Shown: positions 29,214 to 38,543 of the stretch, one piece after another
How positions within the stretch are numbered: the first letter of the stretch is position 1
Layout: each line of letters opens with the position of its first letter
NCBI GenBank assembly: GCA_002763075.1
Contig: PFDB01000002.1
Span: 128,286-189,970, forward strand
Reading direction: 5' to 3'
Source: Candidatus Pacearchaeota archaeon CG10_big_fil_rev_8_21_14_0_10_34_76
Lineage (GTDB): Archaea; Nanobdellota; Nanobdellia; Pacearchaeales; GW2011-AR1
Length of the DNA stretch: 61,685 nt
The notes under the pieces: generated by a model
Database searches by the model: none
Told to the model about the DNA's origin: nothing
What the model saw: only the letters and a program-made list of their open reading frames with translations
Position numbers and translations under genes: made by a program

Positions 29214-29297
29214 GCGGGGATGCCGGAGCGGTCAAACGGGACACGTTAAGGCCGTGTTGGCTTAGTGCCTGCGAAGGTTCGAATCCTTCTCCCCGCA
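29214..29297 (+). tRNA. tRNA-Leu(AAG)
   Basis: Body nearly identical to the tRNA-Leu(CAA). Anticodon arm ACACG TT AAG GC CGTGT, anticodon at 29248-29250, G37. Confidence 0.9.
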
Positions 29298-29306
29298 TTG
29301 AAGAAA

Positions 29307-29675
29307 ATGATAAGCAAAACAAAATTAAGTAGGAGAATAGGAAACAAAACAAATCCTGAAGTAGTTGAGACTCTTATGCTTATCAAAAAGAATGACGTGT
29401 GGAACAATATATCAAGATATGTTTCTGGGCCAAGAAGAAAATACTCTTCGGTCAGCTTGAAAAAGATAGAAGAACAAAGTTCAGAGGGAGATACCATAAT
29501 AATAATTGGGAAGGTTTTGGGCAATGGCGCTCTCACAAAAAAAATAAGAATATGTGCAATGGGATTTTCAGAGTCTGCTAGAGAGAAGATAAAATTGTCC
29601 AAATCTGAGGCAGTGAGCCTATCTGAAGAGCTAAAAAAGAACAAGAAAGCAGAGGGAGTGAAGATAATAAGATGA
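29307..29675 (+). CDS. rpl18e: 50S ribosomal protein L18e
   Basis: KTNPE, GKVLGNG, FSESAREKI; ATG at 29307 just after the tRNA. Confidence 0.93.
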   Translation: MISKTKLSRRIGNKTNPEVVETLMLIKKNDVWNNISRYVSGPRRKYSSVSLKKIEEQSSEGDTIIIIGKVLGNGALTKKIRICAMGFSESAREKIKLSKSEAVSLSEELKKNKKAEGVKIIR

Positions 29676-30073
29676 AACTAATAGTAATTGATGCTAAAGA
29701 TGCTGTGCTTGGTCGTTTGGCTAGTTTTGCAGCAAAGCAATCTCTTCTTGGTTACAATATAGTAATAGTTAATTGCGATGATGCAATAATCACTGGTAGA
29801 CCGAGCTCTGTTATTGGAGAGTATAAATTTAGTTTTACAAAGGGGGGAGCAAACCTTCAAGGACCTTATTTCCCAAGGCATCCTGAAAGAATAGTAAAAA
29901 GAACCATAAGAGGAATGTTGGCACATAGACAAGGAAGAGGGAGTGATGCTCTTAAAAGGATAATGTGTTATAATGGAACGCCAGAAGAGTTTAAAGAATC
30001 TAAAAAGATTCTTGCAGGCAAAGAAAAAAGAAGCAAAACAATTAAACTACGCGAATTGACGAGAGAACTATGA
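29672..30073 (+). CDS. rpl13: 50S ribosomal protein L13
   Basis: IDAKDAVLGRLAS, GPYFPRHP, RTIRGML. Confidence 0.96.
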   Translation: MKLIVIDAKDAVLGRLASFAAKQSLLGYNIVIVNCDDAIITGRPSSVIGEYKFSFTKGGANLQGPYFPRHPERIVKRTIRGMLAHRQGRGSDALKRIMCYNGTPEEFKESKKILAGKEKRSKTIKLRELTREL

Positions 30074-30477
30074 ACAAAAAGATGATGGTTGTTTCAGGAC
30101 AGAGAAAAAATGCCGTTGCTAAAGTAAGGATTCAAGATGGAACTGGAAAGATATTCTATAACATTCTTCCATATGAACAACTTGGAATGTTTCACAAATT
30201 GGCCTTAGATGAGCCGATTAAAATATGTGAGCAAACCCTTGGAAAATTTCCATTTGATATTGCAATAAAAACCTCTGGGGGTGGCAAGGAATCACAAGTA
30301 GAGGCTGCAAGACTTGGTATTGCTAAGGCTCTCGTGCAGTTTACTGGATCTATTGAACTCAAAAAAGCATTTTTATTATATGATAGAAATCTTCTTGTGG
30401 CAGATACTAGAAGAAAAGAGGCCTATAAGCCCGGAGATTCCAAAGCAAGGTCTAAGAGACAGACTTCTTATCGTTAG
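30070..30477 (+). CDS. rps9: 30S ribosomal protein S9
   Basis: GQRKNAVA, GGGKESQ, YDRNLLVAD, QTSYR. Confidence 0.97.
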   Translation: MNKKMMVVSGQRKNAVAKVRIQDGTGKIFYNILPYEQLGMFHKLALDEPIKICEQTLGKFPFDIAIKTSGGGKESQVEAARLGIAKALVQFTGSIELKKAFLLYDRNLLVADTRRKEAYKPGDSKARSKRQTSYR

Positions 30478-30536
30478 CTTAATTGTAGAACTGATAGTAA
30501 AGATACAATTATAAATTTAGGATTGATTTAATTCTA

Positions 30537-30866
30537 ATGAACAGCACAGGAAATTTACTGAGTGAAGTACTCAAAATTGATCCTTCTAATTACACTAGAT
30601 GTGTGGCTTATTATAATGGCAGAATAGGTGAAGGAACTGCATGGGAATATGAGGGAGGCGGAGAGAAATTTAGAATTGAGCTCACTCCTGAACAAGCTGT
30701 TTTTCTTGCAAGACTAACAGAAGAGACTTACGGAAATAATGACCTGAGTAGACATCCAGATCAATGGATGATAAATTCTCTTCCAGAACCTTTTGTTTTG
30801 AGGCAAGAACAAGAAATCAGGTTAACCTCTGCCTGCCAAGTTGCTCTTTATGATTTTATTGATTGA
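30537..30866 (+). CDS. Hypothetical protein
   Basis: 109-aa ORF with a TTATAAA box about 25 nt upstream. Confidence 0.6.
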   Translation: MNSTGNLLSEVLKIDPSNYTRCVAYYNGRIGEGTAWEYEGGGEKFRIELTPEQAVFLARLTEETYGNNDLSRHPDQWMINSLPEPFVLRQEQEIRLTSACQVALYDFID

Positions 30867-30876
30867 AAAACAAAAA

Positions 30877-31680
30877 CTATAAACTATCAAACGGATTTTG
30901 CACCTTCTTTATTTGATCTGAGGAAATATGGGTATAAATCTGCGTCGTGTTGAGTGATGAATGCCCTAATAATGCTTGAATCATTCTTATGTCTGTTCCT
31001 GCTTCCAATAGGTGTGTTGCAAAGCTGTGCCTTAGTGTATGGGGAGTTACCTTTTTACTTATCTCGCCCCTTTGGCTTGCTTTCTTCACAATTTTCTGGA
31101 TGTTTCTTGTAGTAAGCGGTTTTTCCTTTGAAAATACATAAAGGTTATTTCTTTTTTTAAGATAGTCTTGTATATCTTTGGCGAGATTTTCAGATATTAT
31201 AAATGCCCTGTCTTTAGAACCTTTTCCTTTTCTTACCCACCCTATTTTTTCATCTATATTTAAATCAGAAGTTTTTAGGTTGACAATTTCAGAAACCCTC
31301 AGACCAGATGAATAAAGCAATGAGAGTATGAGGCGGGATTTTTTTGTTTCTGTGGCCTCGATTATTCTTTTTACTTCTTCTTTTGTAAGAACTTCTGGAA
31401 GAGTCTTTGATTTTTTTGGGACTCTCACTGTGCTGAATTCCATTTTAAGAACTTCCATATAGAAAAATTTTAGGGCGGCTGCTGCAAGCATTATTGTATT
31501 TTTTGATTTGGTTTCAAAGAGTGTTGAGAGGTATTCTTTTGCATCTTCTTGTGTCAGTTGATCTTCAGATTTTTTTGAATGTATTAAGAACTTTTGAACG
31601 AAAAAAGAATAGTTCCTTACAGTCATCGGAGAAAATCCCCTCAGTTTTAACTCCATCTTTAGTTTTTCTACATATTCCAT
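30877..31680 (-). CDS. xerA: XerA-type tyrosine recombinase
   Basis: LYSSGLRVSE, GKGSKDR, TPHTLRHSFATH, LLGHSSLNTTQIYT (R-K-H-R-H-Y intact); N-terminal SAM-like domain. Confidence 0.88.
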   Translation of the reverse strand: MEYVEKLKMELKLRGFSPMTVRNYSFFVQKFLIHSKKSEDQLTQEDAKEYLSTLFETKSKNTIMLAAAALKFFYMEVLKMEFSTVRVPKKSKTLPEVLTKEEVKRIIEATETKKSRLILSLLYSSGLRVSEIVNLKTSDLNIDEKIGWVRKGKGSKDRAFIISENLAKDIQDYLKKRNNLYVFSKEKPLTTRNIQKIVKKASQRGEISKKVTPHTLRHSFATHLLEAGTDIRMIQALLGHSSLNTTQIYTHISSDQIKKVQNPFDSL

Positions 31681-31737
31681 CTTTTTATTAAAACTGGAAG
31701 TTATTTAATCTTTTAAAGATTTGTGAGCTTACATTAT

Positions 31738-32190
31738 TTAGCAAGGTAGAATCTTTTTGGATTCTATTGCACACCCTCTAAGACTAATTATGACCTCCTG
31801 GGGATTTTCAATAGTTGTATAGGGTATTAGGTATGTTTTTGTCTCTCCTGGAGAGAGGATTAAGCATTCTTCAGAACAGCTCAGGTCACAAGTCCAAGAC
31901 TCTGAGAATTTTTCAAATACTATATTAACATCAAAATTTCTTAAAATATTGTTATCAGTAAGGTCTCTTGTAAGGGATAATTGTATTATATTGTTCTCTG
32001 GATCTAGACATGCGTTATTTATAGATAATTTTGGATTGATTGTGATTGATGTACAAAGGGCAGGAGATAGGGAGGCGTCTGTAAAACCAATTATTGCATT
32101 TCCAATTATTGCCAGAGATGCAAGAGAAGCTAGAATGAAGAAAATAACAGATACGATGCCTGAAACTCCCTTTTTATTTATTTTTTGCAT
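31738..32190 (-). CDS. Archaeal type IV pilin-like protein
   Basis: Class III signal peptide KKG/VSGIVSVIFFILA; Cys-rich beta domain. Confidence 0.75.
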   Translation of the reverse strand: MQKINKKGVSGIVSVIFFILASLASLAIIGNAIIGFTDASLSPALCTSITINPKLSINNACLDPENNIIQLSLTRDLTDNNILRNFDVNIVFEKFSESWTCDLSCSEECLILSPGETKTYLIPYTTIENPQEVIISLRGCAIESKKILPC

Positions 32191-33302
32191 AGAGTTGTGC
32201 CCTCCGATTTATCAAGAATTAACTCTCCAATATTATTTCCTTCCTGATCTTTAAGAACAATTTCTTCTGAATTTGAAGGTATTGTAAATCTGAATACATC
32301 CAAGTCTAAAACTTCTCCAGATATAATATCTTCTCCATCATATTGAACATCTGTAAAAATAAAATCATTTATTGAATTGGTGTTTGTGTAACCCTCTTGA
32401 GAATTGACTTCTAATGTAAGTTCCTTATCAGTAGAAATATCTGTCTGAGAGCATCCTGTAATCAATGTAGGCTCTAGAATTAAATTTCCCTCAGGGTTTA
32501 ATTGACCTGTAACTAAAAAATATTTTTCTTCCTGACAAGGATTTTCATCTTCTACTACAAATCCAGTTAATGGGGATTTCTTTGATAGCTTTTTTGATAA
32601 TGAGTTTGATATTGCAGAAGTGCTAACCTTGTTGTAATCGTTTGTAGAAAGAGTGCGCATTACGCTATTTTCAGAGGGTCTAAGAAGATTTGAGAGAGAG
32701 CACCCTGCGAAGTCACATGAATCTTCGAGCCCATTAAAATCTGCACAGGTCGTTGCACAATTAACTGAGTTTTTAGGTGGCTTTTGATTGTTTAGGTATT
32801 CCTCAGCAAGATTTGATATTGCATGCCCTAATTCATGAGTTTGAACAGTCATAGAGTGCCTTGTATTGATGCTTATAAGAGAGTTATATGCTGAACTTCT
32901 AATTGTGTTGTCTTCTAAATTCTTTAAAGCGATTATTACATCATTTGGACAAGATCCTGCTGTAGAAAAAGTGGTTGCATCATCACATAAAACCGCTACA
33001 CCCTTGTAAATTCTGCATTCGGGGTCTGAGTCCACATAATAAATATTAAAATCTTTTTTTCTTTCATTAAATGGAGGAGTTTCTAGAAAAAATTCTGAAT
33101 ATTTAATCACGCTATCCTTGTTTCCAATATATACTATATTCACCTTCTCTGGGCCATTGTAAATCAAGGTATTGCATTTCTTTAATTGAGTGTTCAAATC
33201 CGGAGAAAGACCTGAGTCCTGAGGAATTGTAAGATATAATGAGAAAATTATTGATAATCCAAGAATGGCTGTTCCAGATATAAATAATAATCTTGATTTC
33301 AT
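32178..33302 (-). CDS. Exported zinc metallopeptidase (M64-like)
   Basis: N-terminal TM segment, PPFNE..FNIYYV, HELGHAISNLAEEY, NSVMR; likely start ATG 33302. Confidence 0.75.
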   Translation of the reverse strand: MKSRLLFISGTAILGLSIIFSLYLTIPQDSGLSPDLNTQLKKCNTLIYNGPEKVNIVYIGNKDSVIKYSEFFLETPPFNERKKDFNIYYVDSDPECRIYKGVAVLCDDATTFSTAGSCPNDVIIALKNLEDNTIRSSAYNSLISINTRHSMTVQTHELGHAISNLAEEYLNNQKPPKNSVNCATTCADFNGLEDSCDFAGCSLSNLLRPSENSVMRTLSTNDYNKVSTSAISNSLSKKLSKKSPLTGFVVEDENPCQEEKYFLVTGQLNPEGNLILEPTLITGCSQTDISTDKELTLEVNSQEGYTNTNSINDFIFTDVQYDGEDIISGEVLDLDVFRFTIPSNSEEIVLKDQEGNNIGELILDKSEGTTLCKK

Positions 33303-33464
33303 ATACTGATAAATATTAGATAACTTAAATACATTCTGATAATTCATAATATGCACGTATGTGTGGCCAGATGATTGCACAAATGGTCATATGCAAACAC
33401 TTAAATAAGATAGTTTTTTGATTTTTTTTAGTTAGAATGGGTACTACTTATTCTTTCAGATGAA

Positions 33465-33905
33465 ATGAGTATTAAGAAAAACGATAAAATAAAGGTAGAA
33501 TATGAAGGCAGACTAGAAGATGGAACTGTTTTTGATAGTTCTGAAAAGCATAATGGTCAACTTTTAGAGTTTACTGCTGGTGTTGGGGAAGTCATCAAGG
33601 GGTTTGATGATGCTGTTATTGGAATGGAAATAGATGAAGAAAAAGAGTTTACATTGAAACCTGAAGAGGCATATGGAGAAGCAAACGAAGAATTGAAGCA
33701 AGATATTCCTAAAGACATATTTAAGGGGCAAGAACCAAAACCTGGGATGGTAATTGTTCTTTCTAGCCCAGATGGAAAACAATTTCCAGTTAATATATTG
33801 AGTGTTAATGAAGAATCTATAACTGTTGATTTGAATCATCCTCTTGCAGGCAAAACTCTAATATTTAAGATAAAAATAAAGGAAATTCAGCAAAGTTCTG
33901 AATAG
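33465..33905 (+). CDS. slyD: FKBP-type peptidyl-prolyl isomerase (SlyD-like)
   Basis: YEGRLEDGTVFDSS, VIKGF, PEEAYG, VDLNHPLAGK. Confidence 0.95.
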   Translation: MSIKKNDKIKVEYEGRLEDGTVFDSSEKHNGQLLEFTAGVGEVIKGFDDAVIGMEIDEEKEFTLKPEEAYGEANEELKQDIPKDIFKGQEPKPGMVIVLSSPDGKQFPVNILSVNEESITVDLNHPLAGKTLIFKIKIKEIQQSSE

Positions 33906-33973
33906 AGTGAACAACCTTATAACAAGGAATAGACATTACAAAGGTTTTTAATCGCTCACTAATTTAATTTAAA

Positions 33974-35575
33974 ATGAATAAAAATAAGAAAAATCAAAAC
34001 TTTTCATCTAAAAATAGACACGAAGTTAAATCGTGTACTCTGGATCAAATAGATAGAAATTCTATTGGAAACTTTTTAGAGGTCGAGTGTATAACAGATA
34101 GTGTTGGACAGACTTCTGGACCTACATTATTTTCAGTTAGTGATGGAACTGGGAGTTTTATGTTAAAGGGTTTTGCTAGTAAACCTGGAGAGAGGGCACA
34201 CGTAGAAATTAATGCAGAAGATTATATTTCAGCTAAAATAAAAATTAATGAATATAATAATTCATTAGAAGGAGAGATTATTTCTATTAAAAAGTTAAAT
34301 GATTCTGAAAAAAATATTCTCATCAAAAGGATGCAAGATCTTCTTAGAGAAAGATCTAAAGCAAGAGATGTTCAATTTATGATTAATAGTCCAATACTTG
34401 ACAAATTAAGAGAGAGTATGATGAAAGCTGCGACTGAGATTAAACTTGCAGTCATGCAAAACAGACCAATAATTGTTAGACATCATAATGATGCAGACGG
34501 ATATTCCGCAGGGTACTCCTTAGAAAAGGCCATAATTCCTTTGATTGAACAACAACATGGAGGAGGAAAGAGTGCATGGGAATTTTATACTCGGGCTCCT
34601 TGTGCAGCGCCGTTTTATGAAATAGATGATTCTATAAGAGACACTGCAAATTCTCTGAGAAATGTTGCAAAGTTTTCAAACAAAATGCCTCTTGTTGTAA
34701 TTGCAGATAATGGTTCAAGTTCAGAGGATTTGATGGGAATAAAACAAGGAAAAATTCATGGAATGGATTTCATTGTTATTGATCATCATTATTTTGATAA
34801 AGACGTTATATCTCAAGAAGTGTTAGTCCATATTAATCCTTTTCTCGTCGGTGAAGATGGACAAAAGTTTTCTGCTGGGATGTTGTGTGCAGAACTTGCA
34901 AGGATGATTTATCAAGTTGAAAACATTGAACAGATTGCTGCAATGGCAGGACTTGCAGATAGGATCGATTTATCTAATGAGGATGCTGTAAATCAATATG
35001 TAAAACTTGCAGAAGGCCAAGGATATTCCAAAAAACTTTTAAGTGAAATAGCGACGGTAATTGATTTTGTTTCTGCAAAATTGAGATTTATGGAGGCACG
35101 AGAGTATATCGAAACAGTTTTTGGAGAACCAAGAGAGCAGCAGAAGAAACTTGTTGGATTAATGGCTCCATATATTGGTGAACTTGATAGGAAAGGACTT
35201 GAGATGGCTAAATCTGGAGCAACTCTTGAAAAGCTTGGAAGAGTTACATTACAATTAGTTGAAGTAGATAAAACATTCCCTGGATTTGGATTCTTTCCTA
35301 AACCTGGGAGAGCTGTTGGGCTTGTACATGATTTTGTTCAGAAAGATAAAAATCTCGACGCTGTCGTAACTGTTGGGGTGATGAACACTGCAATAACTAT
35401 TAGAGCAACTGACAAGGCAGACTTTTCAGTTCATGAACTTATTAAGGAGATTAATAAAAAAGTAAAAGATGTTTTTGCTGAAGGTGGCGGACATAAGAAT
35501 GCTGGAAGCATTACATTCTTGCCGTCGAAGAAAGAAGAAGTTCTTAAGGTGTTGAGAGATTTTGTCAGGAAATAA
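33974..35575 (+). CDS. Archaeal RecJ-like DHH phosphoesterase with OB fold (COG1107/HAN-like, no DnaJ zinc finger)
   Basis: QTSGPTLF, RHHNDADG, ADNGS, IDHH, GGGHKNAG. Confidence 0.85.
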   Translation: MNKNKKNQNFSSKNRHEVKSCTLDQIDRNSIGNFLEVECITDSVGQTSGPTLFSVSDGTGSFMLKGFASKPGERAHVEINAEDYISAKIKINEYNNSLEGEIISIKKLNDSEKNILIKRMQDLLRERSKARDVQFMINSPILDKLRESMMKAATEIKLAVMQNRPIIVRHHNDADGYSAGYSLEKAIIPLIEQQHGGGKSAWEFYTRAPCAAPFYEIDDSIRDTANSLRNVAKFSNKMPLVVIADNGSSSEDLMGIKQGKIHGMDFIVIDHHYFDKDVISQEVLVHINPFLVGEDGQKFSAGMLCAELARMIYQVENIEQIAAMAGLADRIDLSNEDAVNQYVKLAEGQGYSKKLLSEIATVIDFVSAKLRFMEAREYIETVFGEPREQQKKLVGLMAPYIGELDRKGLEMAKSGATLEKLGRVTLQLVEVDKTFPGFGFFPKPGRAVGLVHDFVQKDKNLDAVVTVGVMNTAITIRATDKADFSVHELIKEINKKVKDVFAEGGGHKNAGSITFLPSKKEEVLKVLRDFVRK

Positions 35576-35592
35576 ATTTGTAAGAGAACTGT

Positions 35593-35841
35593 TTATTCTT
35601 GAGTGTTGATGCTTTCTTCAAGAGCCCTTCCAATGATTCTGATTTCTTCAGGATCAAGAACCCCATTGTTATTTTGATCATAATATAACATGACTCTTTG
35701 ACCTTCTGGACCAAGTGCGTTGTTATACCTTGCCATATGCTCATGAATCCCATAAATAGAAATTCCTGTAGCAATTCCTGTAGCCCCAAGTACAATCAGC
35801 TTCCCACATAAACTTCCTCGAGGGGTTGGGTCTTTTCCCAT
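35593..35841 (-). CDS. Hypothetical membrane-anchored protein with an EF-hand-like loop
   Basis: One TM segment; DQNNNGVLDPEE. Confidence 0.6.
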   Translation of the reverse strand: MGKDPTPRGSLCGKLIVLGATGIATGISIYGIHEHMARYNNALGPEGQRVMLYYDQNNNGVLDPEEIRIIGRALEESINTQE

Positions 35842-35926
35842 AATAAAATTGGGAAAAAAGATTATTTAAAGATTTATATAATCTTATTTTTGGATGGCTC
35901 TTAGAAGTAAGTTTACAGAAATTATG

Positions 35927-36286
35927 TTAGCGATTTAAAATATTTGAACCCGTATATCCTAAAGCATAACCCAATCCTAAAAAAATTGATGAGCCGACAA
36001 AACCAAGTCCTGCGCCAACTGCTCTTTCTCCGGTAATAAGGGCGTATTCCATTCCCGTTGGTCTTTGATGATACTTTTCCATTTCGCGTTCTGTATCAGA
36101 GGGGGTTGGGAATGTTATTCCTCCTGTAATTGCGCCTATAAATGGAAACCCGGTCATTAGTGCGTCGTCTAAATAAGTGTCAGTTATTGGAAGTCCTATT
36201 TCTGTGCTTATTCCCTTTGCAAATCCAAATGCAAGTGATACAGTATATGCTGTTCCTAGTCCAATTATTTTTTTTAAATTTCTCAT
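35927..36286 (-). CDS. Hypothetical Gly-rich membrane protein
   Basis: Three hydrophobic Gly-rich segments; start overlaps the upstream stop (ATGA). Confidence 0.65.
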   Translation of the reverse strand: MRNLKKIIGLGTAYTVSLAFGFAKGISTEIGLPITDTYLDDALMTGFPFIGAITGGITFPTPSDTEREMEKYHQRPTGMEYALITGERAVGAGLGFVGSSIFLGLGYALGYTGSNILNR

Positions 36287-36519
36287 TTTCTTGTAACTAG
36301 ATAAAGTGCTCCTAATAAACTTGAGGTATATAATGCGCCTGCGAGAAGTTCTCTTGAATCAAGATTTTCTTTTTTGAAGGATGGTTCTTCTCCTCTGATA
36401 ATTGCGGTCGTTTCTTGGTATGCTTTGTGAAGTTCTGGTTTGAAATTATCTAGTTGGGAAACTCCTAAGGCAATTATGGATATTGCTAAAAGATTTCTTA
36501 TTGGTTTTCTTCTTGTCAT
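36283..36519 (-). CDS. Hypothetical membrane protein
   Basis: Two hydrophobic segments; operon-like spacing. Confidence 0.6.
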   Translation of the reverse strand: MTRRKPIRNLLAISIIALGVSQLDNFKPELHKAYQETTAIIRGEEPSFKKENLDSRELLAGALYTSSLLGALYLVTRK

Positions 36520-36528
36520 GTTAGATGG

Positions 36529-36921
36529 TTAAGAATTTAAAGTGCTCGGATCTGAAGGGGAATATTCCGGAAAAATTATTTTCTTTAGGTATTCGGGAAG
36601 CCCTGACCCTTCTAGTATGTCTCTTATGTCTGGATTAGTCACCGGGTTTTTGGATTCCCAAGAATGTCCCTTTTGATGAAATTCATACCTTCCAACTAGT
36701 TCCCATTTTTCTCCCCTATCGTCTACGTCGTGTCTGATAACGTTTAATTCTTCCTCTGGACCGATGTAACAATTTCCCCTTGGTAAGTTCTTTAAGTCTC
36801 TTTTTTCATGACTGATGGTAAGAAAACAATTTGAAAACCCGTCCTCTCTTCTTTGAATAACAGTATACACTTTTCCTTCACTTGTGATTTCTCCAACGAA
36901 TTTTGTTTCAAGAGTTCCCAT
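36529..36921 (-). CDS. Hypothetical protein
   Basis: 130 aa; preceded by the repeated promoter module. Confidence 0.65.
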   Translation of the reverse strand: MGTLETKFVGEITSEGKVYTVIQRREDGFSNCFLTISHEKRDLKNLPRGNCYIGPEEELNVIRHDVDDRGEKWELVGRYEFHQKGHSWESKNPVTNPDIRDILEGSGLPEYLKKIIFPEYSPSDPSTLNS

Positions 36922-36934
36922 GAAAATTCTTAAT

Positions 36935-36971
36935 TTTTGAAGTTTTTAAATTTATCTTAAAGCGAACTTAT
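36935..36971. repeat. Partial copy of the intergenic promoter module
   Basis: 35/37 identical to 38812-38848. Confidence 0.85.
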
Positions 36972-37007
36972 AGAAAGAGTTAAAAAGAGAAGAAAATAAG
37001 GATTTTT

Positions 37008-37358
37008 ATGACTGATACGAGATATACACCAGAGGGCTTGCCTAGAGTTACAAGAGCAACAATCGAAGAGTACATGAGAAACTATAAAAGAATACACGAT
37101 AGTCTCCAAGTTCCTTATAATGAAATTGCTATGGAAATGAGAAGTGAAATTGCTATGGAAATGAGAAGAGAAAATCCCGAAATAGCCGACTGGTTCGCAA
37201 AGTCTCTGAAAAAAACACCAGCAATGTCAAGAGAGGTATCAATGTCTATGGTTATAGGGGCTAGTATGTTATATGGTTTGCTAAAGGAACAAGCAGAGAA
37301 AAATCGTGATGAGGATGAAAAAGCGAGAGTATCTTTTGAAGGATATCAATTAGAGTAA
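37008..37358 (+). CDS. Hypothetical protein with an internal 24-bp duplication
   Basis: 116 aa; EIAMEMR occurs twice. Confidence 0.65.
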   Translation: MTDTRYTPEGLPRVTRATIEEYMRNYKRIHDSLQVPYNEIAMEMRSEIAMEMRRENPEIADWFAKSLKKTPAMSREVSMSMVIGASMLYGLLKEQAEKNRDEDEKARVSFEGYQLE

Positions 37359-37406
37359 ATTCTTAGGTCTCTAAAACTTTAAATAGATTTGATTATTAAT
37401 TTTGAT

Positions 37407-37568
37407 ATGAAGATCATAAAAGAGAGGTCAAGAACCTATAAGGAACAGGCATATTACAAGTATAAAATAAATATCCCTGAGATGAAATTAGATGATGCAG
37501 GGTTTAAAGAAGGTGATGAATTAGAGTGTGTTGCTGAGAAAGGGAAAATTGTTTTGAAGAGGGCCTAA
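37407..37568 (+). CDS. AbrB/MazE/SpoVT-like DNA-binding protein (53 aa, not in the ORF track)
   Basis: MKIIKERSRTYKEQAYYKYKINIPEMKLDDAGFKEGDELECVAEKGKIVLKRA; TTTAAATA box upstream. Confidence 0.75.
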   Translation: MKIIKERSRTYKEQAYYKYKINIPEMKLDDAGFKEGDELECVAEKGKIVLKRA

Positions 37569-38014
37569 ACAAGTGATCTTAAATCTCTTGGAACGGAGGA
37601 GGGCACTTTTTCTTCGTATTCCGGCTTGCGATAGAGGCCTCTAGGAATACGTAAGCTTTCGAGAACGCGATGATCTCCTGGGAATTCTATCGGCCAAAAA
37701 TCCAAATATCCGAGACAAGATAGTTCGCCTTCTGAAATTCTGAAAGTTTTTTCAGCAAAATCTGAAATAATCTTGGCTTCTTCTGTCGATTTGTGTATTC
37801 CTGGAGTAGAGTAGAAATCATTTAAATGCCTATAAACTCTAGAGAGTATTCGCATTCCAATTAATTCATCGCGTGAAAAAGATTCATTGAATTTTTCAAT
37901 TTTCTTTCTTTCATCTCTATTGCACTCAATCCATCCTTGTTCCCAAGGTTTTTGTGGATTACTCACAAGTCTATGAAAGACAGGTTTTTTGAATGGTTTT
38001 TGATAGGGTATCAT
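37565..38014 (-). CDS. Hypothetical protein
   Basis: 149 aa; preceded by the repeated promoter module. Confidence 0.65.
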   Translation of the reverse strand: MIPYQKPFKKPVFHRLVSNPQKPWEQGWIECNRDERKKIEKFNESFSRDELIGMRILSRVYRHLNDFYSTPGIHKSTEEAKIISDFAEKTFRISEGELSCLGYLDFWPIEFPGDHRVLESLRIPRGLYRKPEYEEKVPSSVPRDLRSLV

Positions 38015-38035
38015 AATTGGTGATAGAGGGGGACA

Positions 38036-38106
38036 TTTTTAAATTTATCTTAATCCGAACTTATCCTTTATGTTGGAAGTTATTGGCGAAAGCTAAAGGT
38101 TTTAGC
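38036..38106. repeat. 71-bp intergenic repeat, copy A
   Basis: 66/71 identical to 38820-38890. Confidence 0.92.
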
Positions 38107-38158
38107 ATGTGAATTCTAGGATAGGAATGGTTAAAAAGAGCGGAAAAGTAAGTTTTTT

Positions 38159-38485
38159 ATGGAATCATTAGATATTGAGATTGGAAAAGTACTTGACAAA
38201 GATTTAGAAAAATCTAGAAAACGAGTTGGGCTTGCTTTAAATTCTAGGATTTGGAAATATTTAAATGCTGTTGTAAGCAATCATGCAAGAAAGATAGAGG
38301 GTCGTGTTAAAGCAAGGTCGGGGATAGAATGTTCTGAATTACGAAGCTATAATGATGCGGTTGATGCATTGGCTCAGTTTGAAAATCTTTTGCAAAGAGA
38401 ATTTCACCTCAGTGTTGGTAGAGTTAATTATGCAATGACCGAAGTCTACAGACAATCTTATTCTGAAAAAAGAGTTCCTGCTTAA
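38159..38485 (+). CDS. Hypothetical protein
   Basis: 108 aa; upstream region resembles that of the 37008 ORF. Confidence 0.65.
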   Translation: MESLDIEIGKVLDKDLEKSRKRVGLALNSRIWKYLNAVVSNHARKIEGRVKARSGIECSELRSYNDAVDALAQFENLLQREFHLSVGRVNYAMTEVYRQSYSEKRVPA

Positions 38486-38543
38486 CCCGAATCTTTCCAG
38501 AGTTCAGTTAATGTATCTTGTGCGAAGTTTTTACGTGTAAAAC

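Noticed and set aside
29246-29252. Reading the tRNA anticodon as TAA
   Set aside because: The 5-bp stem fixes a 7-nt loop whose central triplet is AAG. TAA would be off-centre by one base.
29265-29306. N-terminal extension of rpl18e (MPAKVRILLPALKK)
   Set aside because: It overlaps the tRNA. The ATG at 29307 is the plausible start.
30877-31680. Provirus or integrative element integrase
   Set aside because: It looks like compact chromosomal XerA. No att duplication of a tRNA 3' end and no capsid, terminase or replication genes are nearby.
33355-33395. Possible structured RNA between the protease gene and slyD
   Set aside because: The stem relies on several G-U pairs and matches no family I recognise.
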